DNA of 63,516 nt, counting the filler, from Choristocarpus tenellus KU-1152 (lineage: Eukaryota > Protista > Phaeophyceae), in the NCBI GenBank assembly GCA_964200185.2. It is 8 parts of 8 records of this genome, joined end to end, with 100 filler letters (N's around TTAATTAATTAA, not from the genome) between each part and the next. Parts side by side here need not be neighbours in the genome. Positions count along the whole stretch, not along the records: positions 51,091 to 63,516 come from CAXNAD020001840.1; 7 more parts are not named here. The stretch is one strand, 5' to 3'. Made by a program: the position numbers and the translations under genes. Positions 51,486 through 63,516 of the stretch are shown here, piece after piece. A model generated the notes under the pieces. The model was not told the origin of the DNA and did not search any database. It saw nothing but the letters and a program-made list of their open reading frames with translations. The first letter of the stretch is position 1, and each line of letters starts with the position of its first letter.

Positions 51486-54400
51486 GAAGGATGTCTTCCT
51501 TGACCTTGGTGACAAGCAAAGTCTCCTCGCCTCCCTCAAAGAGAGCCAATTCTTCAAAGCCTTTGAGGACCAGGGGAACACCTATGAGGTGACAAGTACG
51601 GAGAGGTCCTTCAGCCAGTTGCCAAGACCAAGCTCTGTGTTTCGATGCCCAGCTCTCACTACGAGTGCTTGCAGCCTTTCCTACTAAAGGCTCCGTCCCT
51701 ATATCCAATGCATATATTATGCTCAGAGTCTCATATGTATGGGTCTTTGTTGCCCCAGAACATGTTTTGGCATTGTCAATCTGTAGAGGAAAAAAATCTC
51801 GCAAGAGAAGTGTATTAAGTGTATAAATACTGATACATGAAATCAAATTGCCGCTGACATAACATATTGGTAAACTAGTTACCTTCTTGTGGATACCCAA
51901 CTCTTAAAAATATTTGCTCGATCATCATTTACTTTCCACTGTGGATTGCAACGATGACCTGTATCGACCTTGCAGGCAAAGCTTGGCATCCTGGACTATG
52001 CATTGCATACGTTGAATCAGATCCAGCGCAAATGGGTGTACCTAGAGCCTATCTTTGGACGAGGTGCTCTTCCAACAGAACAGGGGAGGTTTCGTCGTGT
52101 GGAAGAAGACTTTCGTGATATCATGTCGAAGGTTGGATGGAAAAAGCTTAGGTCCTGACTGAAACAGTTCAGACAACCTTGACTCCAAAGGATATATGAG
52201 TGGAGAACTGTATGGGTATTGCCAAGTCCTGCAGTTTCAGCAAATATCCCATCGCTTGTCATTTTGCTTCAACTTCTTTTCATGGCATTGAAACCATTGC
52301 TGCCAAGCCCACTAGGGCATGGACCATAATATATTTTGCTGTCCTGCCGCAAGTGCCACAGCTATGCAGATATCTCCACCAGGCACACTGTGCCCAGGTT
52401 TTCTATGTCTGGACACTTCCATGCACTCTTATCTCTCTCTCTCTCTCTCTTCCCCCTCTTCTCTCTCCATGCCTCAAGGTGGAGATGGACCCCAAGATCT
52501 TTAACCTCTCTGATGAGCATATTTTTCCTGATCTGAGAGGTACACTGTCATCCTCCCTGGACCAGCTGGAGAGGTGCCAGAAAGCTCTAGCAGATTTTCT
52601 GGAAGAAAAGAGGTCGGCCCTCCCCCGGTTCTACTTCATTGGGGACGAGGACCTGCTTGAGATATTGGGGCAGGTATGTGTATGGATGTGTGTGTTGGTT
52701 AAGGATGTAGGGTATGGAGATGTAGGAGAAATTTGGAAAGACACACTGTTGCGGTAGTACATCACAGATGGAAGAATGATATATTATTTGGCAGTCTGGT
52801 GTTGATGTATATGACAAACAAATGGAAGAGATGTACAGTCCCAATCTACTGGGAAAAAATAGGTTTGAAAGGGAAGGGAGAACAAAAACAAAACATGAGT
52901 TATTGTTTGCAATATTTGCTCAGAAATAGTCACCCTTTCCCCCTTCCCATGAGAAGTGTTTGCATTCTTTGCACCAGTTTGTTACTCCATCACCTTTTAT
53001 CCCTCTTTTCTGGCCCTTTTTGAATTATCCGATTAGGCAAAGAACCCAGGAGTTATTCAGGCTCATCTGAAAAAGTTGTATCAGGGGATTCACCGTGTAG
53101 AGTTCAATGAAGAGCAGACACAGATTACAGCTATGCTCAGCTCCAGTGGAGAGAAGGTAAGAAGTAAGGGACAGGTCGCAATGTGAGCACAATGTGTGGG
53201 TTGGACTGGGGGCAAGGGACACCCTTCTTCTGTACACTGTTGAGTGTACTACAAAGCAAGGGAAAATGAGCTCTTTATTTGCATCTCTGTATCATTGAAA
53301 GACAATGAAGACACTCAAAGCTCTTTCCCAAACGTGCAAGCCCCTGACAGACAAGACACCCAAATGAATTGGATATTAGGGAAGGATATTGCGGAATGAC
53401 TTCTTGCTGATGGGCACACAATAACATCCCCACCTCTGTGAGCTTGCAGCAATGACAATAATCATAGAAGAGTTAGGAAATAAAGATTTGTTGTGAAAAA
53501 ATTAAGAATGATATCAATTGAATTGTATAGAGTCCTACATCATGTAATCCGGAGTACTGACTCTAAACCATAATAATTATTTTCAATCGTGTAATTTTTC
53601 TTTTTCTTATCAGCAATAAATTTGTCTGTGATGAAGGGAATACCATGCTTGGGTTATATATATATAGATGTATAAAGTGTAAGCAATAAGTTTTCGTATC
53701 GTCATCCAACCCAAGGCATCAGTTTTATATTTTTCTTCCATTCCTGACCACTGTATAGTGATGAGCTTTGCCACACTGCCACACTGCATGGAATGGTATA
53801 CTTTTCAGTCAATTTTATTGCCTTCTAGCCAAACTATGATATAATTAATGTTGTCACATCTTGTTACTTTCATGTCTTTGTTCATAGAGTAAACATCTTC
53901 AAAACGTGCTTGACACCTGGATCACTTTGACTTTGTGTATATATATCAAATCATGTGTCCTGCAACAGGTTGCCCTGGAATCACCAGTGGATATAACCGA
54001 TAGTGTTGAGGAGTGGCTGGAACAGCTGAACTCTAGAATGAAAGGGACACTAACTTCACTGCTCCAATCTTGCCTTCGTGGCACACCTGACTATGACCTG
54101 TACCCCAGTCAGGTAAGAGTCAGACTGATGGTGGATGTGGAGGAAGGTTAAATGAAGAGATGCAGTGGGAGTTGGAGTAGGTTGAGTGTATTTTTAGTGG
54201 GTTTGGAAAAAAAGTTATCACTACGTTATGATGTAGGTATGTGTGGTATGTGACCTATGCTCTTATTGGTGTAAGTTGAGGGCAGTAAAGATAGAGTGCC
54301 CCTTTCCAATCATGAACTGGAAAGGCTCACTAGATTTTCAGAGCAAGGTAAAGATGGCCTAACCCCTGGACATTGTCGCAAAAAACACGAAAATTACCTT

Positions 54401-57400
54401 ATTTGTATCCTACGTTAAATCAATGACACTTTAATTCTTGAATAAAATGTGATACAGGGGGAAATACTTAACACCTTGTCCCATTATTCCCAAGCTCAAT
54501 CATGGATAACAGCAAGGATAAGACAGCTATTATGGCTTGGAGGCCAGCTACAGGACAGGCATTGTGACCAGTGGGAACTCATAATCCATTAAGTTGATCA
54601 GTAGGCTCTGGTACAAAATACTAGTCATGTTTCAATGAAGACGTTTGAAGAGGAGGGTGGTGAACAGGACAGTTAAACAATCACAGCTCAGGAAGCAAAA
54701 CCTCTCATGATTCGAACTGTGAAGGCTATTATTTCTACCGACCATGAGTTCACACTCTTCAAGTATGGTCTAGGTGGCTGTACAGGAGCAGAAAACGCTA
54801 GTTGGGTTTTGTCCCCAATTTCTTTCTCCGTCATAGTTGGTTTTCTCTTGCTGAATATTTTCTCCCTTGTCTTTCATTTGAAGTTGCTATCTCATTTTGA
54901 TATTCGATTATCTATAAATGCAGTGTGCACTTTGTAATCATGCCAAGTGAGATGTCCCCTCCAAGATGTTATATATCCCTTTCAATACCATTACAAATTA
55001 TAGGTCCATATGTTTGTATGGCTTGGTGTGAGTGAGTGTGGTTTGAAGTCTAGGGGTTAACTTCAGAACAAAGAAAAACGTGGAGCAATGGTGAGGTTTA
55101 AGGCTCACAGTATCTGGGGAATGAGGAATATCGTTTTTACTATTAGCGTGAATCTTAGCATGATCAAGATTACTATGTCATCACTTAGCCCATGTTGAAA
55201 ATTACCTGTCCTATATCTATGCTTTTCACCACAAAATCAACGGTGATGGAATGGGCAGTGGTTCCTTTGACACATCTTGTGAAGTGCGTTATCTAAACAC
55301 TTGATGTGAAATGTGCAGTGGGATGCGCTTAGATCCACTACTGGCAACATCAGCTTGAAACCTCTGTCAGAGATTGTGTGCAAACTGTTGGTAAATGCTC
55401 TACAACAAATATGCATCACTTTACAACACACTGTTACAACACAAGGTCACAAGAATGTTCTAAGAACAAGTGGAATGGTCCAGATTAACATTGCTTTGAA
55501 AGAGAAACAAATCCATTCTAAAGTATAATCGATAATTGCTCCATCTTTTCCCACAATGTGTTGCCTCTTCTCCAGATATTGTGCTTGGCGGAGCAGATCA
55601 AGTTTTGCGAGTTTGTGGAGGTTGCAGTATCTCAGGTATATTGACATGTACCACATCAAATGTCCTTTATTATTAGGGGGTTAGTGTTGTGAAACTATGC
55701 CCCTTAAAATACTTAAATTTGCGCGTAGCTGTCTTACATTGGGCATTTCATTAATGAAATAGTATCATAGATTGGACGAAATATCTCACAATAGATTGTA
55801 GAGGATGAGTAAAATTTTCTAGCTCACAATAACAGCTGATTGATAAAAAGCTGAAATGCTGCATATGATGGGAAAAAATGCAATTATAGCACATCATAGT
55901 GCTCAACCCAAGTATGGACCCCAAGTACGGTATCTGTTGCAGGGTGACATACACTGCCCAAGCACATCAACACACACACACACACACACAATTTGCGTGC
56001 ATTTTCGTCCTCTACAGGGCAATGTTGGTGCCCTCATGGCCCCTCTGAGAGAACTACTCGACCAGTACACCTCTCATGATCTGTCTTCACGCCCACTAAT
56101 GCAACTCAAGATCAAGGCCCTTGTGCTGGACCTTGTCCATAACATGGATGTTGTCGACCAGTTGCAGAAGTGAGAGAAGTTGAAAGTGATCTTGTCTCCT
56201 TGTCTTTGACTTGTAGGGATAGATTGATGAGAATATGTGGTTGAGCATGTGAAAGGTAGACAGATGGGAAATGATGAGTGTATCTTTGTGCCTTTCAGGA
56301 GCATTTCCACTCAAACAACTGGTGATCTTCTCAGTGAAGTCCATCTTTGCACCCTCAGCATAATTGCTTCTATTTTCTTCCCTTTAAGACTCGTTTTGTC
56401 TTTTTGATGGTCATAAGTGTCAACACGTTTCGAGCTCTTGTTCATAGTCATCATCCTACTCAAATGAACATCCCTGCAGGGCTGGCCTCCAATCTGTTGA
56501 GGAGTGGAGCTGGCAGAAACAGCTCCGGTACTATCTTAAGGCTGGCAAGGGTACAATCCGAATGAGCGGAGCCCGCTTCCGCTACTCATATGAATACCAG
56601 GGAAATGCCCCCAAGCTTGTGCACACACCCCTGACCGACAAGTGCTACCTCACTCTCACTCAGGTGAGGTGGTAGTGACAAGGCTTTTGAGAACATATGA
56701 GTGACAGTATCTTAGAGGGTACGAGTTTTGCCCTGTTTGACTGTTGGGGGCTTGGCTTCCCATGCTTTTTCTAATGATATTTTCCTACTCCAAAATGTTT
56801 AAGAGTAGGTAAAAAGTTCACGTTATGAAAAGGTATGTCCAGAACAAGGATTTTGGCCCCAAATGGACGCTGCTCTACCCTCTAAGATACTTTGGCTCAT
56901 ATTCAGTATGTGTGAATGCCCATTTGATTTTGATCCGTCAAACAAGTTCTAAGTGCGAGATGTCCAAGTTGTACAAGAGCTGTGTCACTTACTGATTTGC
57001 GAGGACACAATTAGACTGACCTGCAGGAGATTGCGTTGCAGAATATTCGTAGAATTTCAATGGTTGCAGTCTGCGAATTTCACTATTTAGAAGCAGGTTG
57101 ATGCGATGTGACAGCCATTGTTGTGTCTAGCTAGCTTGTAGGGATCATCAAGGCACTAATGATATGCTCAATCAGATCAGAACATCTCTTGAAGGGGGTA
57201 TCCACCAAAACATGGCTGGAAATGTTGGTTTGGGGTGAGGACTTGCTCAAATGCAAACAGTCCTACTGTAGGCTGATGAACATCAATTAGATTGATGAAC
57301 GCCCCACCACCCACACTCAACTGTTGAACGTAAAACAGCAAGTCACTGTATATATCTGGAGTTCCCACAACATGATCCCCCTGCCCATGTCTAGACCTGT

Positions 57401-60400
57401 GACCCCTCACCTCACCCCGATATAAAGGGGATGCACATGGGATTTGGAGGAAACCCTTATGGTCCTGCAGGAACAGGGAAGACAGAGTCAGTAAAAGCTT
57501 TGGGTCAGGCCTTTGGACGTCAGGTGAGGTCTAGGATAGGTTCACCATTGAACTCTTCACCTGCTATGGCAGTGCTTGATAATTCAAGACGATTGATTGA
57601 TAGGCTCAGCTCCCTAGGTTGGAAGAAACCCGTTGAATTGGATTCCAAGTGTCAACCCCCATCTATATTGAGGTTGGAAGTTGTAGAGTAGTTGGCACAG
57701 ATTATCCCAGAGATACTTGGTCTAAAAATGAAGTCTACTCATACTGCTATTATGTTTTCCTTGATGTGTACAATTTCAGTGTGGTCTCTATCTGTGTGTG
57801 TTTACAGTCCAAATTGGTGCTGTCTAAATATGTAGTGAAGTAGTCATCATGGTGTATCACAAAATATTCCAGATACAGCAAGAACTCTTCAGTTGAATAG
57901 TATATGTACAATACAAGTTGTCCATATGTTTAAATAATCTGAAGTGGCATTACAACACAGAAGATGGAACAGCTGCTATTGCACATAGAGCTCTCCCGTA
58001 TAATATACTTCAGATCGCCATCGCGTCCAAATTTCTAAAGATTCTTGCTCAACACTCCTTTGGTCCTATCCTTCCCACAACCTGGTTTGAGTATACCAAA
58101 GGTACTAGTCTTCAACTGCGACGAGGGAATCGATTTTCAGTCCATGGGGCGTATCTTCATTGGTCTTGTGAAGGTGACAGATGGGGTGTAGTTGAAAACT
58201 TTGAGGGGAGATCCAATATTTCCGCTCTGTTGAGAGGAAGCTTACAATGGAGGTTGCTTACATCTTGACACAGGCATAGTAGGAACTCCTGTAGGTCAAA
58301 CGTTGAAGGATACAAATTACTCTAAGTTTCACCCAAACCTTGCTAATTTTATTTTGAAACAGACCTAACCATATCAAATATAATGTTGTTCTAAGGAAGC
58401 ATCTAAAATACCCTTTGCATACAGATCATTTGCTCTTTCAACGAAATTAAACTCCGAACCCTCTGCAAAACTTGTTGCTCTTGTTTTCAGTGTGGAGCAT
58501 GGGGCTGCTTTGACGAATTCAATCGTCTCAAAGAGGATCAGCTGTCCGCCATCTCTCAACAGATACAGATCATTCAGGACGCGATCAAGGTCAAGAATCC
58601 GTCCGTGAGGCAAGCAAAAAATCGTGTATGCTAGTAGGGACGGATTCATGAGGTTGGTCAGTGTTGCATTGATGTAAGAGTGAAAAACGCCAACTACGTG
58701 TCTTACCAGGTTCATCTTTCATAGAAGCCCCAAGGACAGAGGATCCCGATGGGGAAACGGTATCTGATACTCTGAGGCACAGCAAAGAGCAATGATGGTT
58801 CTGCACATTGTGGTAAAAGAATAAATATATTATGAACGGTATCGAGTCAGATACATTTCTTGACCTAAGAATTTACAGAGTGGGAGCTCATACCATGCCC
58901 CTTACATGGCTTAGACAAACTATTGATGCCAGGAATATGAAAATATGGTACATTTCTGGAGTTTCAGATATATATACCACTCAGATGTTGCCCTGAGAAT
59001 CAAACTCTTGTCTGGTTTCTCCACACAGGGATACTTGATCTGAATTTGGGCAAACTAATACAGTTAACACTATTCCAAAATATAGATTCTATATATGCAC
59101 AAATGCCCTCTCTCAACCCACCAGATTCTTTTCATTCATATCTTGGCAATGGCAACGTGAGTCCTCCACCTTACTTTCAAACCTCTTTTTCAACTTTTTC
59201 AGGCTTTTGGGGCGCGAGATTGATGTCGACCTCAACGCAGGAATATTTGTCACATTGAACCCAGCTGGAAAGGAGTATGGTGGGCGTAGTCGCCTCCCAG
59301 ACAACCTCAAAGCCCTCTTCCGTCCAGTGGCCATGGGCAGACCAGATAATGAGCTTATTGCAGAGGTCAAGCAGCACTTCTACGAGTCTGTGTCTTGATT
59401 ATTCTTGTAGTTCTCATGGAGCTACTCAATTTAATTACTCCACTTTCGAGTCCTTATAGTTCACAAACCCTCTGACCTCTCAACCACATCTTAAACCCAA
59501 CCTTGGATCATATTTCTTTCCTGAAAACAGCCATGCTTTAGTGTCATAGGTCCTAGGCATTCTGTAGGTATTTTCCTTAGGCATTTGTGCAACAATTGAA
59601 CTTCAAATTTACTCTCTAGAATATATAGCAAGATCCCTAGAATGTGTTGTCATCAGGCATGATGTGACTCCTGATTACATTTTGAATTTTTCATTCTCTC
59701 TATTCTCAATCTTAGCACCTTTAGTGCTACCATGAGATGGACCAATGGTAGTATTCTATACTTCTACAGAAGAGACACAGCACACTGTAATATCAAGAAC
59801 TCACAGTCAAGTTTAACTCCCCACCAAGTAGCCATGGAAAACGATGTTTGATCCAAAACTTGCCTCGGTCCTTTCCTTAGTCGAAAGTTGATCACAATTT
59901 GAAAGTTCCCACCTTGCAATGAGTGTACTCTGAAATTTTTCTTGAACAAAATTACCACTGGTCTGTGTCCAAACTCTGATACTGCCTCCAAGGTGATCTT
60001 ATACTCTGAGGGCTTCAGTGACGCCAAAGACCTGGCTTCTAAGATCGTTTCTCTGTTCACTTTGTCCAAGCAACTCCTTTCAAGGCAGCAGCACTACGAC
60101 TGGGGTCTTCGGGCCCTCAAGGCGGTGCTGAACACAGGCGGAAAACTTATTCAGGTGCAGAACCTTGAACACTGAATCTGGACAAATCGACTGATCAAGT
60201 TCATGAATGTATAATACCTGTAAGGAATGTCTCTCGTGTGCTTTGCAGTCTTGCTGCTTCCTTCCTTAAAGCTTGAACGGCAAAAACTCAACTTTGACGC
60301 ACTCTCTCAAACAAATGACCTGAGATTTAGAATTTGCAGCAATAGAAAATCGTTAATGTGATGGTAAAGTACAGTTGGATGAAATCATGAACAAGTGTTC

Positions 60401-63138
60401 CTAAGGTATGTTGAAGAGAACAATCAGCTGCGAGTTTGACTCTTGGTTTGATGAGGGTTGCATGATGTCTTCATGGCAGAAGCATATCAGTATGAAAGTG
60501 GAAATAAGAACGAGGATGATGTACGAACAATTTTCTCTGCGCCATCCAGTTAAACTGAAAATATAATATACTAAATTTGAGTCTTGATATCTTACCGAGC
60601 TTTACCAAGTTCTCCTTGTGAGACTCCGAGAAAAGACTGACCAATTGAGGGGAAAATAAATATTTTCAGAATCAAAGATGGGCATGGCATATTTGCTCTA
60701 GATTTCTGCGAAAAAAAGTCGTGAGGAAAAAAAGCAGCGATAAAACAGTGTTAACACACGCCAAAATAAGCAAGCACCACAATGGTCACACATTTCTATC
60801 AGGGCATTCATCATGGTGTTTCACGTATTCTCGCTCTTGGCAAGACACTAATTTCGGCCTGACTATCCCACTGAGAGCTAAAATAATACATTCTATTATG
60901 GGATCCTTGTGGCAGTACCATTGGTTCATCATTCTGGAAATGGTTGGTGGGAAACTTCTGTATAGTCTTGGTGTTACGTTTGTGCATGTGCTTCATTACA
61001 TTGAATACGGGGTGACAGGACTTCCTCTTGTGCTAGCCTAACAATCTACTGTAGCAAGTGCAGAACTGATTTGACAACAGGTTCACTAGCCTAACTTAAG
61101 GAGATGTCAGTATGAAATATGATTTGAAACCTCTCCACTCTAACTTTCCCGTAGTCCCTCTTGGGAACATAACATACAGCATTAATGTGAATTGAGTAAC
61201 CTTTTGTATACCGAATGGCATTGCCTGTGAAGTTGTCCATATCATTGTATTCAATACCCTGGACCATTTCCATTAGAAAACGGTCGGATCAAGTATCGCT
61301 GAGGTGGTTTTGAATCCCCTTGTTCATCCAAGAACCACCAGGGCATAAAAATAGTAGCTTCGGAGACAATCAGTGGTATACAGTATTGTCAATACTGCCC
61401 CTCCAATATTTGTCCTAGTTTGTGGTAACTCCTTCAGCTAAATGGTCAGAATACTGTGTTCAATAGACCAAAGCTACTCGGAGGAGTGCTTGTTGGTGAG
61501 CTTATACCATTACTCTTTTGCTGCCATGGTGGTCATTTTTGCTGTTGCACACGCTTTGTCTACTGGGTTTTCCTCCCCAATCGGTGATTTCTTGTGTTGC
61601 AGTAGCGAGTATGCTACAAGTGTGAGAACACAAAATACAAATTCCAAAGAATAGCCTTAGGTTTCAGGTCACAGTCACTACTCTGTATCACAGAGTCAAG
61701 ACGCAAAGATAAAATACATAATTCATGCTGAGGTATGCTCACTGTTTTTGCATCCATTGAAATGAGCAGGGGTTCATATTGTTCATATAATGGGCTACAC
61801 CCATTCAACCCCAACAATGCATAGCCTGCAGCTTTTCAACAATCCCTAAATCTACCTCGATTGTTTGTTTTTCCTCAACTACCTTTCCTGTCACTCTGTG
61901 CACACCACTGGCACATCTGTATACAAACGTATCTGCAGGCCTCGAAGGTGGAACGTGTTCCGAGAGATGATGGAATGAATCCAGAAGCAGAAGGAAAGGA
62001 AAGCAAAGAAAGATCTACAAAAGGTTCAGAAGAAAAAGTCAAGGATGGAGACAAGATTGATGGCTCAGAGAGAGAGCTGCTGATAAAGGCTGTACGGGTC
62101 AACACACTATCCAAGCTCACCTATGCCGACACACGCCTTTTTCTTGCCCTGATTGGAGACGTCTTTCCGGGAGTGGATAGCAGTGACATCTCTGGGGTGA
62201 GAAGGGGATATAGGTGGACTCAAAGAAGATTGGTGCTGTGACTCAAGCGGAGTGATAATGTTTCAGGCAGACAGAGTGAAATCGCTTCCCAATTCTGGAT
62301 ATGTGAACCCTAAACTTATTCCCCATCATTGACTCAGAAAGATTACAAATTTACCACTCCATGTCCTGCCTATTTCTTGTACAGCAGCGAGAGTATTGTG
62401 GCCAGGCTGTGTCCTATTTCACCTGTGCTGAAGGACAAGTCACCTTTTGCTTACTGTAGGCAACCTTGTAGAGTTTTTGTGCCGTCCTTTGAAGCAGTTG
62501 TTACCATGCCACACAACTACAGATGAAGGTGGACAATATATGGGAGTGAAAGTATCTTAGAGGGTACAAGTTTTTCCCTCTTTGTCCATTTGAGGCTTGG
62601 CTTCCCATGTTTTTTTATGACATTTTCCTACTCCAAAATGTTTAGGAGTAGGAAAAAAGTATATCTTATGAAAAGGCGTTTCCAGAACATGGATAATGAC
62701 ACTTCCTAACAAAAACGATAGCCAAAATTACATCAAAATCGCAACATTGGATTTTGACCTCTAAATGGACGCGGCTCTACCCTAACCCTAAGATACTTTG
62801 ACTCAAGGGACATATTTTTCTAAAACATATCCGAAGGAAAGTATTGACAAGCTGTGCTATACAATCTAGTATCTGAAGTGACTCAGCTCTCTCAGCACGC
62901 TGACAATCCCATACTGTAGTGCACCATTCTGGCAGGACTTTGCCTCTAGGACAATTTCTCCACAGGCTTCTTACCACTCCCACCTTAATACCCAAATTTA
63001 CTCAATGCTTCTCCTCAATAACAACTCCCAATGGGCAATTGATACGCTTGGTTGTCCTATGATAAGGGTGAACTGGAGAAGTCTATCAGGGAGGTCATGC
63101 CTGCTAAACCCTTCTGCCTTGAGGTCAACGATGCTCAG
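51486..63138 (+). CDS. DYNC2H1: Cytoplasmic dynein-2 (retrograde IFT) heavy chain, internal part (linker and AAA1). Exons 51486-51588, 51976-52131, 52479-52673, 53037-53156, 53969-54112, 55576-55635, 56018-56169, 56480-56663, 57428-57523, 58102-58173, 58491-58609, 59203-59365, 59993-60154, 61939-62196, 63067-63138
   Basis: [54 protein letters not shown], Walker [20 protein letters not shown], Walker [41 protein letters not shown]. These variants are typical of dynein-2 rather than dynein-1 or axonemal dyneins; all phases are consistent. Confidence 0.93.
56699..56898 (-). mobile_element. MITE family A, internally deleted 200-bp copy in a dynein intron
   Basis: Both TIRs present; perfect 4-bp flanking duplication ATAT/ATAT. 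Confidence 0.92.
62544..62804 (-). mobile_element. MITE family A, full copy in a dynein intron
   Basis: Both TIRs present; flanks ATGG/AAGG; one TIR reads TACCCTAACCCTAAGATAC. Confidence 0.92.
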
Positions 63139-63333
63139 GTGATAAGGGGAGAAAGCATGATTTGGTCAGAGTAATTGCATGGAAAAATGCACATCCTCTG
63201 TTGCCCCTGCTTACAGATACTTCAAAAAAATTTCCTACCTACCCAGCACAAGAGGTACTTAAACATAACGTAGGACCCTTCTGCTTACATCTACATTCAT
63301 ATTTTAAGTTCCAGCTTAGAAATAGTTATCAAT

Positions 63334-63516
63334 GAGTGAAAGTATCTTAGAGGATACAAGTTTTGCCCTCTTTGTCCATTTCGGGCTTGGCTTCCCTTGC
63401 TTTTTCTAATGACATTTTCCTACTCCAAAATGTTTAGGAGTAGGTAAAAAGTTCACGTTATGAAAAGGTGTGTCCAGAAAATGGATAATGACACTTCCTA
63501 ACAAAAACGATAGCCA
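63334..63516 (-). mobile_element. MITE family A copy, cut by window end
   Basis: Begins GAGTGAAAGTATCTTAGAGGATACAAG; near-identical to the 62544 copy. Confidence 0.9.

Noticed and set aside
44585-63138. Apparent cluster of two ciliary genes (WD40 and dynein-2)
   Set aside because: They lie on different contigs separated by the 50991-51090 linker.

Overview
Eukaryotic, intron-rich nuclear DNA; not prokaryotic. The window is eight separate contigs joined by seven identical artificial 100-nt linkers (N44-TTAATTAATTAA-N44), so adjacency across linkers carries no biological meaning. Gene content (IFT dynein-2, a WDR49/WDR64-like WD40 protein, sacsin-like and TAZ-finger proteins), mostly 0.3-1.8 kb introns and TTAGGG repeats fit a flagellate-stage alga, possibly a brown alga or relative (inference only). 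Exon chains could be spliced by hand for: cytoplasmic dynein-2 heavy chain (partial, 15 exons), a complete 9-exon, 738-aa IF2-like GTPase with an altered P-loop and no C2 domain, a WD40 gene, a sacsin-like fragment and a TAZ-finger gene end. The rest is repeat-rich: three MITE families sharing an AAAGTA(TCT) terminal core, a TRIM-like LTR pair, and Copia and Tc1/IS630 relics. The most novel signal is short telomeric (CCCTAA/TTAGGG) tracts scattered through the window. Two of them lie inside MITE terminal repeats whose ancestral sequence is visible in sister copies, suggesting recurrent telomere-templated rewriting of internal DNA.
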